Origin: an uncultured Dehalococcoidales bacterium
GTDB lineage: Bacteria > Chloroflexota > Dehalococcoidia > Dehalococcoidales > CAYYQY01
Reading direction: 5' to 3'
DNA: 33,079 bases
NCBI GenBank assembly: GCA_964570635.1
Contig: CAZMZA010000002.1
Span: forward strand, 1 to 33,079
Shown here: piece after piece, positions 24,937-33,071 of the stretch
Layout of the letters: each line of letters starts with the position of its first letter
Position numbering within the stretch: position 1 is the stretch's first letter
Program-made: the position numbers and the translations under genes
Notes under the pieces: model-generated
Databases searched by the model: none
Seen by the model: the letters and a program-made list of their open reading frames with translations, nothing else
Told to the model about the DNA's origin: nothing

Positions 24937-26229
24937 TTACTTCACAATAGCTTCGGCTATTAGTTCAGTAATGTCATACACCTTCATGCCTTTTTTGGCG
25001 GCATCGGTGAAGTTTTCCTTACACCCGGGACAAGCTGAAACAATCCCCTCAGCACCAACGGTAGCTGCTTCCCGCAGCCTCTCTCCCGCCGTCCACAAGG
25101 AAAAGTCGGTGAAGGCTTCCTTGACACCAGCCTCATGCCCGCAGCACCAGGCATGGTCGCGGCGGCGCAGCATTTCCACCAGCTCGACGCCGGGGATGGC
25201 TCTAAGTATATCCCTCGGTTGCTCATAGACACCGCTGGTACCCCGTCTGACCTCGCGAGGTGGGTCCAGCCTGCCCATCTGGGCAACTACCCCCTCCCAG
25301 GGAATCCAGGGCTCACTGAGCCGCCCCAGGTTGCACGAGTCGTGGTAGGTCAGCTTCATGTCAATCCTGTTCCCCAGCTTGAGCTTGCCCTCCTTGACCC
25401 ACTGGTCAGCCAGCTCGGTAATGTGGACCGGCTCAAAACCCAGGTCTGCGGTAGCGAAACCTAAGAGCTTGGGGTAGTCAACCTTTACTGCCTTGTAGCC
25501 CTCGGCACAGCTAAAGACGACCGTCCTGGCGCCAGTATCCCTCAATAATTTGAGGTTGCTCTCAGCCAGCTTCCTCGCCTTTTCTATCTGCCCGGTAGTG
25601 AATAGGAAGTGACCGCAGCACGGCTCGTCCTTCATTATCATGAAGTCAGCACCAGCGGCATTTAAGATTCTTACTGTTGCCACCGCAATCTCAGTACTAA
25701 CAAGGTCGGCTCGGCAGCCGACGAAGTAGAGGATATCCGCTTTGCCGGCAGGACTGACATCCTTTGGCATCCAGCCTAGCCGCTTCGTCTGGGGCAAACC
25801 GTAGCGGTTATGGCGGCTCTCTATGTTATTTGTTATGGGTACGTGTTGCGGCATAGGTCCGTACCCCTCCTCCACCATCCTTGCCCTGAGTGATTCAAGC
25901 ATTAACTGGATTTCGTGGTCCAGGTTGCGCTTGCAACCAGTATCACAGGCACCGCACAGCAGGTCTTTATAAACCACTTCCTGAAGCGTAGGACTAGAGT
26001 AGTCCATCTTCCCCTTCAGCAGGTCATAGACCAGGTTGCATTTGCCCATGGCACCATAAGCATTGTCTAGCTCATTCTGCCAAGCAGGACATCTCCAGGA
26101 AAAGTCTATGCCTCTAGCATAATTGAGGTCTATCCACCGGCAGTGCTGTTGCCCATCGCAATGCCTCGCCTCATATATATAATCATCAAGGTTCAGTCCC
26201 AGTTTAATTTGCTTTTTTCCCTCGGCCAT
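24937..26229 (-). CDS. Module B2: HdrD/GlcF-like CCG Fe-S protein (430 aa)
   Basis: Cys motifs: CGACDTGC, YFVGCR, DEPCCGH, SCAEG, YHDSCNLGR, AWCCGHEAG and ACPGC. The first ferredoxin motif is altered to HCDGQQHC...RCP. SD: AGGAGGG. Confidence 0.9.
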   Translation of the reverse strand: MAEGKKQIKLGLNLDDYIYEARHCDGQQHCRWIDLNYARGIDFSWRCPAWQNELDNAYGAMGKCNLVYDLLKGKMDYSSPTLQEVVYKDLLCGACDTGCKRNLDHEIQLMLESLRARMVEEGYGPMPQHVPITNNIESRHNRYGLPQTKRLGWMPKDVSPAGKADILYFVGCRADLVSTEIAVATVRILNAAGADFMIMKDEPCCGHFLFTTGQIEKARKLAESNLKLLRDTGARTVVFSCAEGYKAVKVDYPKLLGFATADLGFEPVHITELADQWVKEGKLKLGNRIDMKLTYHDSCNLGRLSEPWIPWEGVVAQMGRLDPPREVRRGTSGVYEQPRDILRAIPGVELVEMLRRRDHAWCCGHEAGVKEAFTDFSLWTAGERLREAATVGAEGIVSACPGCKENFTDAAKKGMKVYDITELIAEAIVK

Positions 26230-26266
26230 TCCAGCCCTCCTTTACGGGTTATTAACTTGGCAAATA

Positions 26267-27730
26267 TCAAAAGCATAGCTTGCCTGGATTCAATATACCG
26301 TTGGGGTCAAAGTGCTTCTTAAACCTCTTCAGTAGTGAGGCATATTCATCGTGCTTCTTGTAGACCATGCCAGATATCATGCCATACGGGCGGTTGAAGT
26401 AAGCGCCCCTGTCCAACACCGCAGCTACCGCCTCAGCATAGACCTGGCGAACTTTGTCCTTCTCCGCCTCATCATCCGGGTTATAGTAGAGGTTGAACTG
26501 AAGCTGACAAGCATGCCCATCCTGAATCGGCTGGACGTAGCAGCCTATGTCCCCTGCTGGATACCGGTATTTGGCAGCGACCTCGGCTACCGCCGGGATA
26601 TACCTCTCCACACGCTCTAAGGTGGTTATGAAGGTGAGGTCCTGGCAGCCACCCTTGTAGGCATGTTTCCAATAGGTTCTGTCCTTGGGCCACGGTTTAC
26701 GCAGCATTTCGGGCAGCTTCTTCTCCACAGCATCCAGCCCAGGCAAAGAAGTCAGAAGCTTCAGGTTGCGGTGTTTTGACATCATCTCCCGCAGGAAATT
26801 CTCCTGATAGGCTATTTTCTCCTCTGGGCGACGGTGCAGGGCACTAGAAACCAGGATAACCGTCCAGGGTGGTAAGGTTGCTCTAAGCTGCTCAAACTGC
26901 TCTGGCCACTTCTCAGTAAGTATAGTGGCCAGATTCAGGTTATTGAGGAGCAGACACTCGTTACATACCCCGCGCCTCAATAACTGATACAACGGCTCAA
27001 TAGTGTCCTCCGCCCTGTCTGCGGGAATAAAGAAGGTCTTGGTGAGGGTTGGTATTTCCTCAAATAGAACCACTCCCCATAGCACCAGGCCCATCGTCCC
27101 CTGGGCACCATATAGAAATGTGTCATAGCTCATCGGGCCGGGACCCGTTGGGCTGATACCATCAGCCAGGACGCCTTCAGTGCGAAAGCCACCTATGCCC
27201 GCCGAACCGGTGACAAAATGCTCTCCGTTTCCCCAGATGACCTCCAGACTCATCAGGGGCTCAGCGTATTCATAGTTCTGAACCACTGGCTGCTCTCTTT
27301 CCAGCCAGTCCATAATCACCGACCTTGAGGCGTGAGGAAGCAGGGGGATTATGCCCCGGTATCCCTTAGCTTCCAGTGCCGTCTGGAATTGCTCCCAGGT
27401 CACACCGACCTGCAAGTGGGCTGCCTTTACATCGTCTATTATCTCAACAATGCGGTTCATCCCTGAGAGGTCGAGAACAACCCCTTCTTGTTTCGGCACG
27501 GCTCCCCCATTAAAGTGAACCCCGGAACTCTGGGGAATGACAGCAAATTTAGCCTCATTAGCCAGCTGAACGACTTTCTGGGCCTCGGCCACAGTTCTGG
27601 GGCGCACCACACAGGTGAATGAACCCGGTGGTTCTATGCTGATATCCCTACCATAGCGCTCTATGGCCTCCGGGGAATCCAAGACATTGTCCTTACCTGC
27701 AATCTCTACCAGTTGGTCTTTAATCGCCAT
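26267..27730 (-). CDS. Module B1: FAD-linked oxidoreductase, VAO/GlcD family, short subunit (487 aa)
   Basis: FTCVVRPRTVAEAQKVVQLANEAKFAVIPQSSGVHFNGGAVPKQEGVVLDLSGMNRI, with the C-terminal motif KHFDPNGILNPGKL. It is a clear paralogue of 7266..8765. SD: GGAGG. Confidence 0.9.
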   Translation of the reverse strand: MAIKDQLVEIAGKDNVLDSPEAIERYGRDISIEPPGSFTCVVRPRTVAEAQKVVQLANEAKFAVIPQSSGVHFNGGAVPKQEGVVLDLSGMNRIVEIIDDVKAAHLQVGVTWEQFQTALEAKGYRGIIPLLPHASRSVIMDWLEREQPVVQNYEYAEPLMSLEVIWGNGEHFVTGSAGIGGFRTEGVLADGISPTGPGPMSYDTFLYGAQGTMGLVLWGVVLFEEIPTLTKTFFIPADRAEDTIEPLYQLLRRGVCNECLLLNNLNLATILTEKWPEQFEQLRATLPPWTVILVSSALHRRPEEKIAYQENFLREMMSKHRNLKLLTSLPGLDAVEKKLPEMLRKPWPKDRTYWKHAYKGGCQDLTFITTLERVERYIPAVAEVAAKYRYPAGDIGCYVQPIQDGHACQLQFNLYYNPDDEAEKDKVRQVYAEAVAAVLDRGAYFNRPYGMISGMVYKKHDEYASLLKRFKKHFDPNGILNPGKLCF

Positions 27731-27806
27731 TAATGACCTCCAGATATTTCTCGGCTCCTGATGCTCGCTGATTTACCTCATGCTACTCCTCCTTGCTACG
27801 CTGTAT

Positions 27807-27849
27807 ATAAAAAGTAAAGTGGAGTGCCGAGACAAGCCTGGCACTCCAC
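27807..27849 (-). terminator. Intrinsic terminator inside the module B leader, or the 3' end of a ~280-nt non-coding transcript
   Basis: On the minus strand, GTGGAGTGCC (27849-27840) pairs perfectly with GGCACTCCAC (27828-27819) across an 11-nt loop, followed by TTTACTTTTTAT. No CDS lies upstream of it on this strand. Confidence 0.55.
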
Positions 27850-28098
27850 ACATGCTTTACTATCTGAGCCGGGCCAGCCCGTTTCCTCTTACCCCGCTTA
27901 GCCACTCACCAAATAATCGAATCATACTTTACTTCGCTGGTTTTACTCGGTAGGCAAAAGTCTGCTCTAGTCCACGCACTACAATCTGGCTAAGTCTAAA
28001 AAGCTGTCGTCTCCCTGGAAGCTACTACTATCCGAACTCAAAGTTCTGGCAATTTTAAATTCTTGAGGATTCTTAATTTCGGCAACTTAATAGGGCAA

Positions 28099-28127
28099 AT
28101 GTTACTCGCTTCACTTTTTTTTGTCAA
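28099..28127 (-). promoter_or_regulatory. Sigma70-type promoter driving the module B leader
   Basis: On the minus strand: TTGACA (28127-28122), a 17-nt spacer, then TAACAT (28104-28099). The tandem repeat TTTTGTCAAG x2 (28119-28138) supplies a second TTGACA 10 bp upstream. Confidence 0.45.
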
Positions 28128-28193
28128 GTTTTGTCAAGACCCCTCTGAGAGGCTGACATCCACTCCGCAACGGATAGAGGTTGTCTATACAAG

Positions 28194-28222
28194 TTGATTT
28201 GAGGTGCATAAAAGTCTAAAAT
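28194..28222 (+). promoter_or_regulatory. Sigma70-type promoter of the serine-hydrolase lipoprotein gene
   Basis: TTGATT (28194-28199), a 17-nt spacer, then TAAAAT (28217-28222). Confidence 0.45.
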
Positions 28223-28269
28223 TAGCTCGGTGCATTAAGTCACACCAAGACAAATCCTGGAGGTAAAGT

Positions 28270-30660
28270 ATGAAAAAGCTGATAGTATTCCTGCTCCTCA
28301 CGATTACACTGGTAATGAGCTGCGCTGCCCCCGCCATGCCGGTACCGACCACAGAGGCAGGATTACTACAGCAAAGACTCGACCTTCTGGTGGAACAGCT
28401 TGAACAGCAGCGGCAGACGTTACACGTTCCTGGTATGGCCATCGCTGTGGTCAAGGATGATGAAGTTGTACTTGCCCACGGCTTTGGGGTAACGAATATA
28501 GAGACAGAAACACCGGCCACTCCTGAGACCATCTTTGCCATCGGCTCGTCTACCAAAGCCTTCACCTCCACCCTCGTCGGCATGCTGGTCGATGATGGTA
28601 AGATGGGCTGGGACGACCCGATAACAAAATACCTTCCGTATTTCCAGCTTGAACTACAGAGCGAGGATGAAAGTGCCCAGGTTGCCATACGCGACCTGCT
28701 GAGTCATCGTACCGGCTTTACCCGCATGGGGCTTCTGTTTGCCAGCGGCAAAATCCCGCGCGAGGAGGTGCTGCTCGACGCCACCGCCGCCGAGGCCTAC
28801 GCAGGCTTCCGCGAGAGGTTCTACTACAGCAATGTCATGTACATGGCTGCGGGAGTGGCTGCCGGCAAAGCTGCCGGTACCGACTGGGATACACTGCTCG
28901 CCGAACGCATCCTGGAACCACTGGAGATGGATAGCACAACCACATCCGTAAGCCAGGCCCAGGAAGACCCCCGTCTCTCACTGGGTTATATATGGGACGA
29001 GGACCTGCAAGCATACAAGTATAAGCCCATGCGCAATGTAGACAATATAGGCCCGTCCGGTGCCATTAACTCTAATGTAATGGACATGGCCCAGTGGCTC
29101 CGCCTGCAACTTGGTCTCGGCGTATACGAAGACCAGCCTCTTATCAGTGAAGAAAACCTCCGTGAAACATGGAAGAGCCATATTAAAATAGCCGAGGGAG
29201 TAGACTACGGCATGGGGTGGATGCTCCGGGAATGGGAGGGGCAACCTGTCATTGAACACGGCGGAAACGTAGACGGCTTCACCGCTGAGGTGGCAATGCT
29301 GCCCGAATCCGACCTTGGCTTCGTACTGCTTACCAACGCTTCCGTCTCTCCGCTGCAGCAGACTTCTGTCAACATGGTCTGGGACGCTCTGCTCGGTGAT
29401 TTGGAGGAAGGTGACTCAGGTGATGGTACTCAATATGAGCCCTACCTCGGCAAGTATGTGGCGAACTTCGGCACATTTAAAGATGACGAGTTTACCGTGC
29501 TGGTGCAGAACGACCGCCTGGCCGTTGATGTACCGGGACAGCAGGTCTTCGAGCTCAAAGAGCCTGACGAAGAAGGCAAGTGGTACTTTGCCATTACTGA
29601 CCAGATCGCCGTATCTTTTGACCGCGACGAAAATGAAAACATCATCGGCATGAAAATTTACCAGGCAGGTTACGTCTTCGAGCTGCCCAGGAAAGGTGTT
29701 GAAATTGCTCCAGAGATTCCCACCGCAGAGTTGCAGAAGTACCTCGGCAGCTACCACTCGGAGGAACTGGGCGTCACTGCGAAGGTCCTTATCCAGAACA
29801 ACCGCCTCGCCATCGACTGGCCCGGGGAGATGGTCTACGAGCTATATCCACCAGACGAAAATGGCATCTGGGTTTTTCGGATCTCGGAGAGATTTACCCT
29901 GCGGTTCAACGAAACACCGGACGGACAAGTCGAGTCGTTAACCTATTATCAGGATGGTAAAGAGTATTTAATGCTGCGGACAGAGGGGGAGGTACTGCCA
30001 ACCGTAGAGGAGATACTTGAACTACGGGATACAGATGGCCGAAAGGCAGCCCTTACAGAGATGGGAAACTATATGACAAGCGGTACCGTCCACAGCCTCC
30101 AGTCCGGGGTCAGGGGTGAGGTTTCGGTATATGCTGCTGGAACCGACCGCTACCGCGTCGACTCTGACTATGGCAAATACGGCTATGGCCGTACGGCAGT
30201 CAATGGCGACCAGGCCTGGGTTGAATCCAGTTTCGGACCATTTGACGAACTGCGCGGCAATTTCCTGGAACAGGCAAAGCAGGGGCATCCTTCGGTCATG
30301 CTTGGTGACTGGCGAGACTTCTTTGACTCTATAGAGGTGAGCCATGCCGATAATCTGGACGGACAAAAGGTATATGTCTTGAATTTAAAACGTGGCGATT
30401 TGCCGCCAGTAACCGTCTTTGTCGATGCCGCTACCGGTGACGTGCTCCTATCCTATGTTGTCTCAATTCAAGAAGGGAATATTGGCATACCGGTAACCAG
30501 CCGCTATGAAGACTTTCGAGAGGTGTTTGGCGTTCGTATCCCGTTCCGGACAATCTCAACTAATGAGCAGACCGGTCGCACAATCGTCCAGACCGAAAAA
30601 TATGAATTCAATATCGATATAGAAGACGAGTTCTTTATCCTCACCCCTCCAGCTCTCTAG
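28270..30660 (+). CDS. Beta-lactamase-family (class C / DD-peptidase-like) serine hydrolase lipoprotein with duplicated C-terminal domains (796 aa)
   Basis: The signal peptide carries a lipobox (LLLTITLVMSC). The SxxK motif is FAIGSSTKAF and a YSN motif is also present. An internal repeat of about 85 aa is described in the findings. SD: GGAGG. Confidence 0.85.
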   Translation: MKKLIVFLLLTITLVMSCAAPAMPVPTTEAGLLQQRLDLLVEQLEQQRQTLHVPGMAIAVVKDDEVVLAHGFGVTNIETETPATPETIFAIGSSTKAFTSTLVGMLVDDGKMGWDDPITKYLPYFQLELQSEDESAQVAIRDLLSHRTGFTRMGLLFASGKIPREEVLLDATAAEAYAGFRERFYYSNVMYMAAGVAAGKAAGTDWDTLLAERILEPLEMDSTTTSVSQAQEDPRLSLGYIWDEDLQAYKYKPMRNVDNIGPSGAINSNVMDMAQWLRLQLGLGVYEDQPLISEENLRETWKSHIKIAEGVDYGMGWMLREWEGQPVIEHGGNVDGFTAEVAMLPESDLGFVLLTNASVSPLQQTSVNMVWDALLGDLEEGDSGDGTQYEPYLGKYVANFGTFKDDEFTVLVQNDRLAVDVPGQQVFELKEPDEEGKWYFAITDQIAVSFDRDENENIIGMKIYQAGYVFELPRKGVEIAPEIPTAELQKYLGSYHSEELGVTAKVLIQNNRLAIDWPGEMVYELYPPDENGIWVFRISERFTLRFNETPDGQVESLTYYQDGKEYLMLRTEGEVLPTVEEILELRDTDGRKAALTEMGNYMTSGTVHSLQSGVRGEVSVYAAGTDRYRVDSDYGKYGYGRTAVNGDQAWVESSFGPFDELRGNFLEQAKQGHPSVMLGDWRDFFDSIEVSHADNLDGQKVYVLNLKRGDLPPVTVFVDAATGDVLLSYVVSIQEGNIGIPVTSRYEDFREVFGVRIPFRTISTNEQTGRTIVQTEKYEFNIDIEDEFFILTPPAL

Positions 30661-30718
30661 AGTGCCGCTTAGGCAATCATCCATAAACTGGAGCGGGCAC
30701 CAGGAACTCTAAATGGGG

Positions 30719-32356
30719 TTATCTTCCACGCAGGTCGGCTAGATAATCCCTCGGCTGTCTGGCATAATTTGGTAGCACCAAGGGTGAAAACCGCGTCCCC
30801 CCGGCCACACCAAGCCGTTGCAACTCCTTCTGATGCTGGCGCACATGGTCTAAAGTAAGTTTGCCAGGCTTTACCTTCCTGGCGTACTGAGCTGCTTCTC
30901 TCCCTGCTCTCCGTCCAAAGACATATATATCCAGCGTGGCGTTGCCGCCAAGTCTGTTTCTACCGTGCACGCCACCACCAACCTCGCCGGGAGTCCACAG
31001 GCCTGGTACTTCTGTAGCTGCGTCAGCATCAATCTTGACCCCTCCATTCTGGTAATGAATGGTGGGGTAGACTAACACCGGCTCCTTAGTTATGTCGATG
31101 CCGAAGCGAGCAAACTGGCGGACCATGGTCGGCAATCTACTGGCAGTGGTACCTTCCCCGTGCATAATATCAATCAGCGGCATGTCCTCCCAGACGCCAA
31201 CGTTTCCTGCCGGCGTTGTTACCCCTTTATGCCGCTCCGCGCACTCTCGAATTATAAACGAGGCCAGTACATCTCGCGGCTCCAGGTTACAGGCGACCTG
31301 CTCCCCGTCAATATTGACTATCTCTGCCCCTAAAGCCCTGGCGTTCTCTGTAACCAGTATTCCTACGAGCTGCAAGGGATAAACTACACCTGTCGGATGG
31401 TACTGTATACTATCCCCGTAGATGAGTGAGCAACCTGCTCGATAAGCCAACACCAGCCCATCAGCAGTGGCACCGTAATGGTTCGTCGTAGGGAACCCTC
31501 TGATGTGCAAACGTCCCAGGCCACCAGTGGCCAGGATTACCGCTTTAGCTCGCACTATGCTTACTTCGCCGGTCTCCAGGTTCAGCAATACTGCCCCGGC
31601 AACTCGCCCGTTATCATCCATCACCAGCTCTATTGCCGCCTCAAATTCTATATAATCTATTTTATCTCTACACCTGACCTCATCACACAGGACACGCATT
31701 ACCTCAAGGCCAGTGTGGTCTTTGCACGAATGTACCCGCTTTCTACACTCCCCGGCAAGCTCCAACTCACGCATTGAGCCATCTGGCTCCTTATCCCAAA
31801 TGACCCCCAAATCTTCCAGCCACTTAATTACCATAGGGGCATCTCTTACCATCGCCCAGACCAGTTCAGGCGTATTTTCGAAGTGTCCCCCGCCCATGGT
31901 ATCCAAGTAATGAAGTGGGGGAGAATCATTTGGTCTGTCAGCTGCCTGCGTTCCTCCCTCAGCCCCTATGGTGTTGGAGTCGCCCAAACGCAGCTTCGTT
32001 GCTATCAAGACTTTAGCGCCATTTTCCTGGGCCAGAAGAGCGGCTGATAACCCGGCACCCCCGGAACCAATTACCAGAACATCGGTATCATAGTCAATCT
32101 TACCGAGGTCAATCTTGTCAGGGTCAACACGGCTATTCCCCTCCAGTAGATTTGCCAGCTCCTCAGGCACTATCTGGCCTTTGTTTGGTCCTATTGATAG
32201 CCTGCGCCCACCTGTTTCTTCATAGTCAGGATGATATTTATGTACTATGTTTTCCCTTTCTCCAGTACTGATCAGGGGAATTTCTTCACTCACCCGCCTT
32301 CCCCTAGTGGCCTCCAACCTTCTAATGCTTTCTTGCATATCGACAGGATACGGCAT
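30719..32356 (-). CDS. Succinate dehydrogenase / fumarate reductase-family flavoprotein with an N-terminal extension of about 90 aa
   Basis: Family motifs: DVLVIGSGGAGLSAALLAQENGAKVLIATK, IQYHPTG and VHGRNRLGGNA. The site that normally holds the covalent-FAD histidine reads DSNTIGAEGG. Confidence 0.8.
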   Translation of the reverse strand: MPYPVDMQESIRRLEATRGRRVSEEIPLISTGERENIVHKYHPDYEETGGRRLSIGPNKGQIVPEELANLLEGNSRVDPDKIDLGKIDYDTDVLVIGSGGAGLSAALLAQENGAKVLIATKLRLGDSNTIGAEGGTQAADRPNDSPPLHYLDTMGGGHFENTPELVWAMVRDAPMVIKWLEDLGVIWDKEPDGSMRELELAGECRKRVHSCKDHTGLEVMRVLCDEVRCRDKIDYIEFEAAIELVMDDNGRVAGAVLLNLETGEVSIVRAKAVILATGGLGRLHIRGFPTTNHYGATADGLVLAYRAGCSLIYGDSIQYHPTGVVYPLQLVGILVTENARALGAEIVNIDGEQVACNLEPRDVLASFIIRECAERHKGVTTPAGNVGVWEDMPLIDIMHGEGTTASRLPTMVRQFARFGIDITKEPVLVYPTIHYQNGGVKIDADAATEVPGLWTPGEVGGGVHGRNRLGGNATLDIYVFGRRAGREAAQYARKVKPGKLTLDHVRQHQKELQRLGVAGGTRFSPLVLPNYARQPRDYLADLRGR

Positions 32357-32384
32357 GCTGGCTACCTTCCTTCAAAGATTGTTT

Positions 32385-33071
32385 TTACTTGGGTTCTATC
32401 CACCTCTCTTCATACACACGGCGTAACTCTTCTAAAGGCATCTTGCTCATCTTTTCATACTCGGCATCAAACTTGCCTTCCTCTATCTCTTTTATTCTGT
32501 CCTCTAGGTGCTTGGACCTAGGAACAAGGTGACGACCATACAGGCGCCGACACAGCAGGGCTATGTTATGCGGGGACAGACCTTGAGCACACCTGGCAGC
32601 ACACATGCCACACATGACGCAATGAAAAGACCCTTCAACAACTGAAGGGACATCACCCCTCAGAGCCGCGGACATGAAGGCCATGACTTCCAGGCCTTGA
32701 GGACAGGACCTGGTACAATTGTTACAGCCAAAGCAGGTAACCAGTTCGGGGTAAATCTCCAGCACCTGTTCACCCGTTGGCTTTAACCTGTCTATCTCGT
32801 AAACAGGCTTCGCGGTGGGAAAGAAAAGAATCTGTACCACAGACATGTCTTGCTCCGCAGCCGTCTGGCAGGCAAGGCCGTACCTCAGTGTCGGGTCATG
32901 CTTGAAGTTGTATACCGTGGCGCAAGCACCACAACTTCCGGCACGACATCCACAACCTCGAATCAGCCTGTAGCCGCAATACTCCAGCGCCGTCATAATA
33001 GTCAGCCCTTCGGGTACCCGATAGTGCTTGCCCATAATGTAAATATCAACCATTCGAGCTGCTTCAGTCAT
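32385..33071 (-). CDS. SdhB/FrdB-like iron-sulfur subunit (2Fe-2S plus two 4Fe-4S-type motifs)
   Basis: Cys motifs: CGCRAGSCGACATV...LACQT, CFGCNNCTRSCP and CVMCGMCAARC. The gene lies immediately upstream of the flavoprotein gene, with a 28-nt gap. Confidence 0.75.
   Translation of the reverse strand: MTEAARMVDIYIMGKHYRVPEGLTIMTALEYCGYRLIRGCGCRAGSCGACATVYNFKHDPTLRYGLACQTAAEQDMSVVQILFFPTAKPVYEIDRLKPTGEQVLEIYPELVTCFGCNNCTRSCPQGLEVMAFMSAALRGDVPSVVEGSFHCVMCGMCAARCAQGLSPHNIALLCRRLYGRHLVPRSKHLEDRIKEIEEGKFDAEYEKMSKMPLEELRRVYEERWIEPK

Noticed and set aside
27773-27781. A start-stop mini-ORF (ATG AGG TAA) with a strong SD, 40 nt upstream of the B1 start.
   Set aside because: Two codons cannot be supported as a CDS. 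It is noted only as a possible translational element within the leader finding.
27860-27925. A 21-codon ORF (MIRLFGEWLSGVRGNGLARLR) in the module B leader, ending 10 nt before the terminator stem. I considered it as a possible leader peptide.
   Set aside because: There is no SD-like sequence upstream, whereas every credible gene here has one. There is also no run of regulatory codons.
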